Shown: positions 26,332 to 39,262 of the stretch, one piece after another
Layout: every line of letters starts with the position of its first letter
Position numbering within the stretch: the stretch's first letter is position 1
Origin: Octopus sinensis
Taxonomy: Eukaryota
Assembly: GCF_006345805.1 (NCBI RefSeq)
Contig: NC_043018.1
Coordinates: 21,390,001-21,454,000 of the forward strand
Reading direction: 5' to 3'
DNA: 64,000 nt
Translations under genes and position numbers: made by a program
The notes under the pieces: model-generated
Seen by the model: only the letters and a program-made list of their open reading frames with translations
What the model was told of the DNA's origin: nothing
Database searches by the model: none

Positions 26332-27045
26332 CTGCAAAAAAAAAAAAATAAAAAAAGGAATGGAAATACATAAAACGAAAATGACTTGGCAATTCACTTA
26401 ATTCCGTAAATGGTGTATGTCCCTAAATATCACTATTCAAGTCTATAAATTTATATGTATGTATGTGAAGGCGCATGGCTCAGTGGTTAGAGCGTCGAGC
26501 TTACGATCGTGAGGTTGTGAGCTCGAATCCCGGACCGGGCTGCTTGTTGTGTTCTTGAGCAAGGCACTTTATTTCACGTTGCTCCAGTTCACTCAGCGGT
26601 AGAAATGAGTTGCGACGTCACAGGTGCCAAGCTGTATCGGTTTTACCTTTCCCTTGGATAACACTGGTGGCGTGGAGAGGGGAGGCTGGTATGCATGGGC
26701 GACTGCTGGTCTTCCATAAACAACCTTGCCCGGACTTGTGTCTAAGAGGGTAACTTTCTAGGTGCAATCCCATGGTCATTCATGACCGAAGGGGGTCTTT
26801 ACCTTATGTATGTATGTATGTATGTATGTCTTTTACTTGTTTCAGTCATTTGACTGCGACCATGCTGGAGCACCGCCTTTAATCGAGAAACTCGACCCCG
26901 GGACTTATTCTTTTGTAAGCCCAGTACTTATTCTATCGGTCTCTTTTGCCGAACCGCTAAGTAACGGGGACATAAACATACCAGCATCGGTTGTCAAGCA
27001 ATGCTAGGGGGACAAACACTGACACACAAACACACACACGCATAT

Positions 27046-27094
<49 letters not shown>

Positions 27095-27477
27095 TATATA
27101 TATATACATATATACGACGGGCTTCTTTTCAGTTTCCGTCTACTAAATCCACTCACAAGGCTTTGGTCGGCCCGAGGCTATAATAAAAGACACTTGCCCA
27201 AGGTGCCACGCAGTGGGACTGAACCTGGAACCATGTGGTTGGTAAACAAGCTACTTACCACACAGCCACTCCTGTATGTATGTATGTATGTATGTATGTA
27301 TGTATGTATGAATGAATGTATGTATGTATATATGTATGTATGTATGTATCTAACTATCCATCTAACACACACCCCACACACATGTTGGATAACCATTGAG
27401 CACTTATGAGTTCCTCTGCCCTTCGGCGGGCTTTGATTTTTGTCCCGCTGGGTATCCAACAACCACCCTCCCCACCA

Positions 27478-28175
27478 AGTCAGGTCTTCATAGATTTAAC
27501 TAAGGCATTTGACATGGTAAACAGGGAGGCATTGTGGATTGTTTTGTGTAAACTTGGTTGCCCAACACATTTTGTGAGCAAATTTAAGGAACTACACGGA
27601 AACATGAAAGCTCAGGTAGTCTTTAATGGTGAGCTATCTCATGAATTTTTGGTGGACAACGATGTCAAACGGGGAGATATTCCTGCTCCCTACACGTTTC
27701 CCTTTTATTTTTCTGCATTACTTTGATACGCTTTCAAGGATTGCAACAGGGGAATCGCAATCAGATTTCGGACAACTGGTTGTATTCTTAATTTGACCCC
27801 GGTTTAACTGCAAAGCAAAGAGTTTCAAAATACTTGTTAGAGAATTACTTCATGCTAATTATGCTGATTTCTTGGTACACTCAGAGGGGGACATGTAACA
27901 TTTAATGGACAGATTTTCCATTGCATGCGTACATTTTGGACTCACAATTAGTCTGGGGAAAACCAAAGTAATATTTACTCCTGTGCCAGGACAAACAAAT
28001 TCTGAACCAAACATTTTTGTGAATGGAACAAGGTTAGAAGTCGTTGACACCTTTTCTTACCTAGGAAGCACACTGTGAAGAAATGGTAGTCTTGAAGCAG
28101 AAATATACAATCGAATAGGGAAGGGAAGTGTTGCATTTGGAAAGCTCGAAAAGCGAGTATGGGAGGATAATCCCT
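27478..28175 (+). pseudogene. RTE/BovB-clade LINE RT fragment inside K2 intron 2
   Basis: VFIDLTKAFDMVNREALW..L.KLGCP...VKRGDIPAP...FGLTISLGKTKV...LEVVDTFSYLGS...EIYNRIGK...AFGKL. Confidence 0.88.
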
Positions 28176-28380
28176 ATCAAAGAATACCTAGCACTTAATA
28201 GAAAATATAGATATAAATTAAACAAGCATAGACACTGTGACCCTTTATAATAACGGTTCTGCAATTATATCAAATTTATAATTGCAGAACCAAAGAAGAT
28301 TTAGCAACAAACACAGAAAAATTATTTCACCAATACTAATAATCAGACATTTAGCATAATTATCAGTGTATAATTCTTAC

Positions 28381-28435
28381 CTTCTTGTCACGTTTTCACT
28401 TTGTCTTTCTAACAACTTTTCAGGCGGAGCCAAGT
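28381..28435 (-). CDS. Knottin gene K2, exon 2 (propeptide DLAPPEKLLERQSENVTR-R)
   Basis: Minus strand reads ttcccag|...GAAG|gtaagaattata, with the same donor flank as K1 exon 2; 55 nt, phase 1 to 2. Confidence 0.88.
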
Positions 28436-28599
28436 CTGGGAATTATATAATAAAACATATGCAAAGATTGAATAATTTCGGTATTTCAAACTCAAGCATA
28501 AGCTTGGTCCAGAATGGCAGCTTAATTAAAGAGACGGGCTACAGAAATGTGTATCACTTGAAAGGCGTCAACACTTATTCACAATCACTGCTGCCGTAG

Positions 28600-28990
28600 T
28601 AGTTTGCAAGTTTTTGTATGTGGGTCACCTCCACGATACGTCTGTGCACCATCAGCTTCGGCAACCCTTGACCCAGTCTAAAGGATCCTGACATCAGATG
28701 TATCTCTTAGCCAGCATAATCCAAAACAAAATATCATGCGCTCTAAACTAGACGGATGTTTCCTTGCACAATACAGTATGGTTAGTTACACCGTAGAGAC
28801 GATGTAGGTATTAGCCACTCTCACCTGATCTTTCACAGACAGCTTCTCAGAACCACCTCGAACTTGAAATGTTCCCACATCATAATGCTACTCGTGGCGA
28901 ATGCCCTTCAACGTCTCGAACTCTGTGGTAATGGTTCTAGTGCAAAGATTGGTGGAGACCTTGACGTACCAAGCACACTATAAAACGACT
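28600..28990 (-). pseudogene. Probable L1/Tx1 ORF2 (post-RT) fragment
   Basis: Degenerate KLSVKDQVRVANTYIVST...LERMIFCF...GG motif order; many stops. Confidence 0.4.
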
Positions 28991-29227
28991 CGTAAAGATG
29001 CCCACTTAATATGACCACTGAACAAACAGAACTCTCTTTTACTCTTTTACTTGTTTCAGTCATTTGACTGCGGCCATGCTGGAGCACCGCCTTTAGTCGA
29101 GCAAATCGACCCCGGGACTTATTCTATCGGTCTCTTTTTGCCGAACCGCTAAGTGACGGGGACGTACACACACCAGCATCGGTTGTCAAGCAATGCTAGG
29201 GGGACAAACACAGACACACAAATACAT

Positions 29228-29308
<81 letters not shown>

Positions 29309-32189
29309 TACGACAGGCTTCTTTCAGTTTCCGTCTACCAAATCCACTCACAAGGCATTGGTCGGCCCGGGGCTATAGCAGAAGACACTTGCCCAAGATG
29401 TCACGCAGTGGGACTGAACCCGGAACCATGTGGTTGGTTAGCAAGCTACTTACCACACAGCCACTCCTGCGCCTATACATTTTAGTTATCCAACTGTACA
29501 TTTTAGTTATCCAACTTCTAAAAAGGGGTTCAAATCTGCAGGTCTTTAGGTAACTGTACTCAAAACTCTCATAAACCTTAAAATTATCTAATTTTATCTG
29601 CATCCCACGGCCTCCATATTTATTTCTGACGTCTGTGCGATATATCATATGAGATAGCAGTTATTCTAGATAGAAAGATCCTTTCAGGTATCGCCATTTT
29701 GCTCGTCTCCGATTACTCTATGAAAAGCAGACGACGAGCATTCGTGAAAATCTTCAATTCCATGTTTATTTATCTGCCTTATTTAGACTCTACATTGGTA
29801 AAATCTGCATTTCCCGATTCACATTGGCAATGCTTATTGTGGAAGCACTCCGTCGGTTACAACGATGAGGGTTCCGGTTGATCCGATCAACGGAACAGCC
29901 TGCTCGTGAAATTAACGTGTAAGTGGCTGAGCACTCCACAGACACGTGTACCCTTAATGCAGTTCTCGGGGATATTCAGCGTGACACAGAGAGTGACAAG
30001 GCCGGCCCTTTGAAATACAGGTACAACAGAAACAGGAAGTAAGAGTGAGAGAAAGTTGTGGTGAAAGAATAAAGCAGGGATCACCACCATCCCTGCCGGA
30101 GCCTCGTGGAGCTTTTAGGTGTTTTCGCTCAATAAACACTCACAACGCCCGGTCTGGGAATCGAAATCGCGATCCTACGACCGCGAGTCCGCTGCCCTAA
30201 CCACTGGGCCATTGCGCCTCCACTATGCTTATAGTACGCATCCAGCTGCTGTAGACAGCTTCCAAGACAGTAGCAATCTTTCAAGATATGGAGTAACACA
30301 CGTCGTAGGGAAGACTATCCAGCTCGAGCTATTTGTCGCTAGTTCAGCGGTTCAGGCGGTCCACCATGTCTACTGAAACCAGATTTTTTAAGCGCTCTGA
30401 TTTTAATGGTCAACAGTCAAACAATCGATTAGGCATCGATATCCACCATCTTAACTCTTCACGCTAAGTTCTGTAAAATTCCACAAAAATGACTCGCGAA
30501 TCCGCTTGGAGTCAAATAGCAAGTATCCTTGGGAGTCCTTCAGAAATAAAACTGATGTTTTGTTACTCTGTTACATCGCCGCCCTATCCACTCCTATTTC
30601 TTTACTACCCACAAGGGGCTAAACACAGAGGGGACAAATAAGGACAGACAAACGGATTAAGTCGATTACATCGACCCCAGTGCGTAACTGGTACTTAATT
30701 TATCGACCCCGAAAGGATGAAAGGCAAAGTCTACCTCGGCGGAATTTGAACTCAGAACATAATGGCAGACGAAATACCTATTTCTTTACTACCCACAAGG
30801 GGCTAAACACAGAGGGAACAAACAAGGACAGACAAACAAACGGATTAAGTCGATTACATCGACCCCAGTGCGTAACTGGTACTTAATTTATCGACCCCGA
30901 AAGGATGAAAGGCAAAGTCTACCTCGGCGGATTTGAACTCAGAACATAATGGCAGACGAAATACCTATTCTTTACTACCCACAAGGGGCTAAACACAGAG
31001 GGAACAAACAAGGACAGACATAGGTATTAAGTCGATTACATCGACCCCAGTGCGTAACTGGTACTTAATTTATCGACCCCGAAAGGATGAAAGGCAAAGT
31101 CTACCTCGGCGGAATTTGAACTCAGAACATAATGGAAGACGAAATACGGCAACGCATTTCGCCCGGTGTGCTAACGTTTCTGCCAGCCCGCCACCTATCC
31201 ACTCCGTTACATCGGGCCTATCTAGCAGTTTTCGTACTTTCGTTTCCGCGCATGTAATTTGAATGAACAATGCATCCAAATCAATGGTCTCGCGCCGCTA
31301 CCACATTGTTTATTTTCTTTCTTTTCTTTTATTTCATTTACTTGTTTCAGCCAGAGGGTGCGGCCATGCTGGATCAACAAACTTAATTTTTTGAAATGCT
31401 CCTTCTCTGCGTCTCTTCTAATCGATATAGAAGCCTCTTCTGTATCTTCTCCTGTTGCTACTTTGCGAAATTGTATTGTGTGTCACAATACAGTGGAGGC
31501 GCAATGGCCCAGTGGTTAGGGCAGCGGACTCGCGGTCATAGGATCGCGGTTTCGATTCCCAGACCGGGCGTTGTAAGTGTTTATTGAGCGAAAACACCTA
31601 AAGCTCCACGCGGCTCCGGCAGGGGATGGTGGTGATCCCTGCTGTACTTTTTCACCACAACTTTCTCTCACTCTTACTTCCTGTTTCTGTTGTACCTGTA
31701 TTTCAAAGGGCCGGCCTTGTCACTCTCTGTGTCACGCTGAATATCCCCGAGAACTACATTAAGGGTACACGTGTCTGTGGAGTGCTCAGCCACTTACACG
31801 TTAATTTCACGAGCAGGCTGTTCCGTTGATTCGGATCAACCGGAACCCTCGTCGTCGTAACCGACGGAGTGCTTCCCCACTTTGCGAAATCTAACGTATG
31901 TTGCTGTAATATTCTTTTTGATGAGTCCAACGCCTGTTGCCGATTGTTGCTCCAACTAGGCCTGCTTAAGAAATTTGAATATCAGCTCTCGGAAATCTAT
32001 ATCCACCTTTATTTTCTAGTAAACGGGGTTCCGATCTATTGGTCATATCTATGGTGGCTGTACAGATTACGAATTTGTGGTCAATTAAGCCAATAATCTG
32101 AAACTATGAATAACTTACACTAACCTGATTGGCTAACCTGTTTAGTGACCTTGGTTACCCATGGGTTATTCCTCGAGTTTCCGTTGGTG

Positions 32190-32620
32190 CATTAAAAAAA
32201 TCAAAGTGATAACAGTCGGTGAATTGGAAGCATCTGAGTCCGCTTACAAAACCTTTACACTCACCTCTCCTACCTAATCCTTCCACACAACTCCCTACGA
32301 ACATCCAAACCACCCACTTGACCTAATGAGTTAGATGTTTCCGGAGAAAGTCTCTGCAGAAGTATACAAAAAACAGCAGACCATATTTCTCATTTGGGTG
32401 TAAACTTGTCTGAAGGCACCGCTGTCACTCTCACAGGACTGTTGGCTTACTCTCTAGGTCTGGAGAGGTTGTACTTAATTCTAGACCCACACGTGTCCCA
32501 AACAGCACTGACACACAATACAATACAGTCGGACCGACTGAAAGAAACGTAAATATCGTAGTCGGCCAAAATGATATGTGTGTAATATCTAGCTAAGTAG
32601 CTGAAAGGCTTGACGGATGT
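32190..32620 (-). pseudogene. Probable L1/Tx1 APE endonuclease fragment
   Basis: Degenerate ...SDSGAFRQVY... and DRR-like motifs; elevated GC. Confidence 0.35.
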
Positions 32621-33246
32621 GGAAGCACTCCGTCGGTTACGACGACGAGGGTTCCGGTTGATCCGAATCAACGGAACGGCCTGCTCGTGAAATTAACGTG
32701 CAAGTGGCTGAGTACTCCACAGACACGTGTACCCTTAACGTAGTTCTCGGGGATATTCAGCGTGACACAGAGAGTGACAAGGCCGGCCCTTTGAAATACA
32801 GGTACAACAGAAACAGGAAGTAAGAGTGAGAGAAAGTTGTGGTGAAAGAGTACAGCAGGGATCACCACCATCCCCTGCCGGAGCTTTAGGTGTTTTCGCT
32901 CAATAAACACTCACAACGCCCGGTCTGGGAATCGAAACCGCGATCCTATGACCGTGAGTCCGCTGCCCTAACCACTGGTCCATTGCACCTCCGCTGGACG
33001 GATGTATAGATCGACTGAATGACAAAAATTCAATAATCTCATATAGTGGAGAGTTGCAAGGACTGGAAAGGTTCTTGCTGTTAGCCTTCTCTTGACATTT
33101 GACTGTACAAGAGCAACAAATCCATCCACAATCCCACTTACTCCAGTTCTCTCTTGTTTCAACTTCTACTCCTTACTCTTCACTCCCTCCCCTGTCTTTC
33201 CTCTCTCTCAATTTCGATGAAGTCATAGGGAATGTTGTGTACTTAC

Positions 33247-33316
33247 CTTGCTTGTGCGAAAAAGTTACTAAAATGAATGCAGAAATGAAGAAACAGAGAA
33301 CATGAACAGTATTCAT
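33247..33316 (-). CDS. Knottin gene K2, coding exon 1 (signal peptide MNTVHVLCFFISAFILVTFSHKQ)
   Basis: Minus strand reads ccaacag|gtttgtgATG...CAAG|gtaagt; 70 nt, phase 1. Ends in S-x-K-Q like K1. Confidence 0.88.
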
Positions 33317-34446
33317 CACAAACCTGTTGGTATAAAAAGTCAACAATTAGAGATATTGAAAACATGTAGATAAAGCTGGTCTCTATAGAAACCGTTCTGC
33401 CTCTGAAGTTTAGACAACGAAATGCAGGTAAGTTTTCATGCATGAATTTTCATGTTGAATGTTGCGTAATAACCACTATTTTACAGATTTTATTTGCAAA
33501 ATGTAAGCTGCAAATCTTGCATAAGCGGTTTACTTTGTTTGGAAATCTCAGCTTGTTAAGACTACCACCAGAACATTTAGTAATATAGTCAAATAATTAT
33601 ATTACATGGAAAAATGCGAGCATGAGTAAAAATTGTCTTGTTCTATACTTTACCAGATGTAATAACTTGTCCTGAATTTTTCCAAGTGTAATAAATTGTA
33701 CTTTTACAGGTTTATATAATCTTAAGAATATTATTTCTCTTGCTTGCATTTTCCGATGTAATCCATGTTTTACCATACTATGCTAATTAATAATGTGTCA
33801 ATCAATAATTTAAGATTTTTACCTTATTGAAAAGTGAATAATAAATTTAATAACTTTCTAAATAACATATTAATATTTTTCATTTTTCTTATTGAATTAT
33901 TATTAATATTGAATTAAAATAAAAGTTTTAATATATTAAGATAAAATAAGATTAGTATTTGAAGAGCAATTAATTTACATTGACTCATTATAAATTTAAA
34001 AATTGGAAATAAAATTAGAAAATGAGCGAATGCATCCACTCTGTGGCACATGGAGCCATGCTCTCATGACAGGGCACCAACATCTTTTTAGTTAGAATAA
34101 ATAAATATAAAAATAATAAATGAATAGAAATAGATTTATTAAACAAATTAATAGAAATACATTTATGCCAGAAAGGTGGTGTGTAATTACAATTTAATGT
34201 TAGAATTCAAACAGTGTAAGATTGCCAACATATAAAATAAGTTGTAAATAACTGTTAGATGATATTTTAGCTATTTTTTTTATACAAATTTTTTGATACA
34301 ACTCTTTTGATATAAATTTTTGTTGCATGGGAGCAAAACTATGAAATTTCTCATGTTTCCTTCTATTATTTAAACTAAGATAAGTATATTTTGCTTAAAT
34401 GATAAAAAGTTATTTAGATCTATACTTGACTGGAGGCGTTACTTAC

Positions 34447-34592
34447 AGGGACGTGTCCTGTTCAAAAAATGCTAACAGTTTTCAATTTGGTTAAGAACTG
34501 AATTAGCGACAAAGCTCTGAAAGATGCTGCGCGTGAGTAAATTGCGACCTTAAGAATATTATTCAACTATTCCCGTAGTTGAATGATATATA
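34447..34592 (-). promoter_or_regulatory. Candidate non-coding first exon and TATA-like box of K2
   Basis: Minus-strand GTAAGT donor at 34446-34441 and TATATAT at 34592-34586. K2 coding exon 1 starts with an acceptor, so an upstream UTR exon is needed. Confidence 0.3.
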
Positions 34593-35084
34593 AAAATGTG
34601 AATGTATAATTAGGCTAAAAAAGCTCTCTGTTTAGTAGTAGTTGAGTTTAAATATTCTCTGTTTTTTTTTACTACTTTTGAAAAATGCTCACATCTACAG
34701 AACCCCTGGCATACATGGACCGTATATAGCCTTTCTATAGCTGGTATTTTACTATAAGCAATTATGTCTCAATTTGGTGGGTGTTTTGATGTGTATGTCC
34801 CCACAATAATTTTTTGTGTGACACATATGAACTCAACAATAACTATTTTCTACATTTATCAAAGTGCAATGTTTCCTGCAGATTGCATGATTGCATTGTA
34901 TATTGTTTTAGCGACACCATAATGCATTCCAATGCGGTCAGTATTTGTTTATAAAAGTTGTTTTTCTGGATTCATTGTTATTGTGTTTGGCAATCGCTAA
35001 ATTGGTATGAAGGAAATTGTAAAATTTGGCTGTTTCATACCTGAACTTGAGTCTCGCAGTTGAAATTAGTTTGAATTTGGCTCA

Positions 35085-35470
35085 CCCAAATCCCGCAAAA
35101 CACCATCATAAAGAACCACCCAAATCTATAAAAAGCACTATCACAGGCGAAAATACACCCAATAATAATACTAACATTAACAGAGTGTGGAAGACCTAAC
35201 GGCGATCCGTTTTAATCAAGAACACAATTCAGGATACAAAATAAAATATAACTTTTCCTGCATATCTGAAAGCCTAATTAACATGCTTAGTGTGTAGAGA
35301 TAACTACAACGGACAGACCAAGATGTCATTAAAGCAACGCATGACTCTGCATAGGTCACAATAGTAATGTTATTACACATGCCGGATATGTTACAAGTAT
35401 TGTATTTCTTTATATGCTGTATGGAATAGACAACGTTCGCTTAAGGAAACACACGCAAAGTCGATTTCAC
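35085..35470 (+). mobile_element. Penelope-like GIY-YIG remnant
   Basis: ECGRPN...YNFSCISESLI...[19 protein letters not shown] across frameshifts. Confidence 0.7.
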
Positions 35471-35618
35471 TTCTCTAATCACCGATTGCATGTATGTATG
35501 TTTGTATGTATGTATGTATGTATGTATGTATGTATGTATGTACGTATATATATATATATATATATATACGTATGTATGTATATATATATATGTATATGTA
35601 AATATGTACGTATATACA

Positions 35619-35680
<62 letters not shown>

Positions 35681-35725
35681 ATGCATGTATATATACATAC
35701 ATACATATATATCTATATATATATA

Positions 35726-35778
<53 letters not shown>

Positions 35779-36502
35779 ATAAACATACATATGTATATAT
35801 GTATGTACGTAGGTAGAATGTTGTAGATAAATCCATCCATCCATCTATCTATATCTATCTATCTATCTATTTATCACTCTTGAAAGTGATATTTCCCATT
35901 TTACGCTGTAATGTCGTCAGCGTAAGTTGGGGGGCACTAATATTTATTTATTTGTTTATTTCCCTTTTCTACAGGTAAACAGTTCAAGGTCACTTCTTAT
36001 ATACCTGTACATCAACTGCGAATTCGCTCACCTTGCTGTTCTACTCAACAGCCATAAACTTTCTACTTTCTATATTGCCATTACTAACCACAGTTTAAGC
36101 GAATAATTTAAACCATACACATAGTTGTTATACTCACATTCACTTGTGCAAAATTTGTGTTCCTTGATGATACTTAAACAAAGTGGGTTCACCATACATG
36201 ACCGTTGCATTCCTCCAATCTTGGATCCTCTGTTTCCTATTTTCGCTCCGTGTTCGCTCATTCTCCGATGTTTCTAGTTCTATTTCTGCATTTTACATAA
36301 ATTTTCGAAATAGTAATAAAAAAATGGTCACATCACGACATGTCTTACAGTTATTAAATTTATGTTTTCAGTTATTCACCAGTTCATCATTCGAGATGCC
36401 ATAAAAAAGGCAGCTGCCTTATGTTCCTGTGTTGCATATAAAGAAATATCGATTTCTTGAAATGACCATAATACCTAAAGGTGTTTCATAGAGTATATGG
36501 AA

Positions 36503-36732
36503 AGGCGGCGAGCTGGCAGAAACGTTAGCACACCGGGCGAAATGCGTAGCTGTATTTCGTCTGCCGTTACGTTCTGAGTTCAAATTCCGTCGAGGTCGAC
36601 TTTGCCTTTCATCCTTTCGGGGTCGATAAATTAAGTACCAGTTACGCACTGGGATCGATGTAATCGACTTAATCCGTTTGTCTGTCCTTGTTTGTCCCCT
36701 CTATGTTTAGCCCCTTGTGGGTAGTAAAGAAA
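36503..36732 (+). mobile_element. tRNA-derived SINE family F2, full-length example
   Basis: GGCGGCGAGCTGGCAGAAACGTTAGCAC...GAGTTCAAATTCC...TAGTAAAGAAAT. Other copies at 20010-20238, 20252-20480, 30595-31195, 43850-44455, 56612-56840, 57900-58130; degenerate ones at 8630, 9700, 16460, 42630. Confidence 0.85.
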
Positions 36733-37308
36733 TATATATGGAATGCGGTTGACTTATTTTGTTGGGTAGCATTTTTATTTAAAATAAGATATGTTTGGAG
36801 ACATATTTTTATTTATTTATTTATTATTTTTTAGGATTAGACAAAGATTGCCCCAATCAGTGGGTCTCAACCATTTTCTGCGTGTGCATCCCTTTGATTG
36901 CTATTTTACTCTAATGGACTCTCCTATATATATATATATATATATATAAATCAAATATAAATCAAATATAAACACCAGTCATACAGAATACATTCACACT
37001 CTGCCAAACGGATTCTGACCTTGAACTATCTCAACAGACAATCTCTTCTGCTTTCACCCAGCCTGGCGTCAACGCATATAGATAGACATTTTGTGTCATT
37101 AATTTCATGGGCTCCTCGTGAGCGTTTGTCGAAAAGCTTGTTATGCATTTTGTTGGAGAATTAAGTTCCTGGATTTTCCTGAAGAGAAAGCTGCAAAATG
37201 GACTCCTTATTCAATCGGAATTAGGGACTTTGCAGACTTCGAAACATATGTCGAAAATAAAATAAAGGAATTTGGTTAAATCTTCGTTCAGCTCCATTCT
37301 TTACTATA

Positions 37309-37354
<46 letters not shown>

Positions 37355-37359
<5 letters not shown>

Positions 37360-37575
37360 TTACTGTGTAAGTAAAACAGTTCATTGGGGTATTAGCCAAG
37401 CGGGTGGATTCAAAGGAGCAGAAAAGCAGTATGAATACGAGGGAGAGTCTGTGATAGAAAATCAAAATTACAGCATTTTATGGGACTATACATATTATTG
37501 TATCAAAAGCATAAGATAGTAGTGGACAAACATAAAAAAAAAGTCAGTGTAGGATCATAGACTATGCAATACTCC
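37355..37575 (+). mobile_element. R4/Dong RLE-region fragment
   Basis: VHWGISQ..GF..AEKQYEYEGESVIENQNYSILWDY...VVDK...RIIDYAI. Confidence 0.6.
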
Positions 37576-37784
37576 TTTACACCTTTACTCCTTTACTTGT
37601 TTCAGTCATTTGACTGCGGCCATGCTGGAGCACCGCCTTTAGTCGAGCAAATCGACCCCGGGACTTATTCTCTTGTAAGCCCAGTACTTATTCTATCGGT
37701 CTCTTTTTGCCGAACCGCTAAGTGACGGGGACGTAAACACACCAGCATCGGTTGTCAAGCTATGCTAGGGGGACAAACACAGAC

Positions 37785-37815
<31 letters not shown>

Positions 37816-38213
37816 CATATATACGACAGGCTTCTTTCAGTTTCCGTCTACCAAATCCACTCACAAGGCATTGGTCGGCCCGGGGCTATAGCAGAAGACA
37901 CTTGCCCAAGATGCCACGCAGTGGGACTGAACCCGGAACCATGTGGTTGGTTAGCAAGCTACTTACCACACAGCCACTCCTGTAATTTTTTATGAAAATA
38001 TGATTCGGACACTGAAAGTTGTGCTGACCGATTTCCTCGCGAAACAATTAGTTAGTAGACATAATTTAACATAATTACAACAAAAGACCACAAAAACGTC
38101 AGACAAAGAAGCCCTAAACATTTATGGAAGTTTATATCATTGAATTAAGACCAGGTCCAGAAAATATTTGCGAGAACAACAGTTGCAATTCAGTAGAAGA
38201 TGGTTATATTTTA

Positions 38214-39262
38214 TGTAAACCATTGCTCTTGGATGTCTTAAGTTGATTATCAACGGAACACAATATCCTGTCAGTAATAAGTGAAGTGTTTTGCAAAATG
38301 TATGATGTGGAAAAAGCAGAATGGATAATATGTAAACCGTTGCTCATGGATGTCTTAAGTTGATTATCAACGGAACACAATATCCTGTCAGTAATAAGTG
38401 AAGTGTTTTGCAAAATGTATGGTGTGGAAAAAGCAGAATGGATAATATGTAAACCGTTGCTCTTGGATGTCTTAAGTTGATTATCAACGGAACACAATAT
38501 CCTGTCAGTATTAAGTGAAGTGTTTTGCAAAATGTATGATGTGGAAAAAGCAGAATGGATAATATGTAAACCGTTGCTCTTGGATGTCTTAAGTTGATTA
38601 TCAACGGAACACAATATCCTGTCAGTAATAAGTGAAGTGTTTTGCAAAATGTATGGTGTGGAAAAAGCAGAATGGATAATATGTAAACCGTTGCTCTTGG
38701 ATGTCTTAAGTTGATTATCAACGGAACACAATATCCTGTCAGTATTAAGTGAAGTGTTTTGCAAAATGTATGATGTGGAAAAAGCAGAATGGATAATATG
38801 TAAACCGTTGCTCTTGGATGTCTTAAGTTGCTTATCAACGGAACACAATATCCTGTCAGTATTAAGTGAAGTGTTTTGCAAAATGTATGGTGTGGAAAAA
38901 GCAGAATGGATAATATGTAAACCGTTGCTCTTGGATGTCTTAAGTTGATTATCAACGGAACACAATATCCTGTCAGTAATAAGTGAAGTGTTTTGCAAAA
39001 TGTATGGTGTGGAAAAAGCAGAATGGATAATATGTAAACCGTTGCTCATGGATGTCTTAAGTTGATTATCAACGGAACACAATATCCTGTCAGTAATAAG
39101 TGAAGTGTTTTGCAAAATGTATGGTGTGGAAAAAGCAGAATGGATAATATGTAAACCGTTGCTCTTGGATGTCTTAAGTTGCTTATCAACGGAACACAAT
39201 ATCCTGTCAGTAATAAGTGAAGTGTTTTGCAAAATGTATGAAAAAGCAGAATGGATAATATG
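38214..39262. repeat. 117-bp minisatellite, about 9 copies
   Basis: TGTAAACC recurs every 117 bp (38214, 38331, ...). Confidence 0.95.

Noticed and set aside
28424-28480. Plus-strand exon-like segment (ttttcag|...|gtattt)
   Set aside because: 57 nt with the wrong end phase; it overlaps the real minus-strand 55-nt exon of K2.
33370-33433. Strong plus-strand donor CAG|gtaagt at 33428
   Set aside because: The phase-compatible candidate exons contain an in-frame stop and lack a pyrimidine tract.
36196-36404. Signal-peptide-like ORF MTVAFLQSWILCFLFSLRVRS
   Set aside because: No suitable acceptor/donor pair; hydrophobicity is explained by T-rich sequence.
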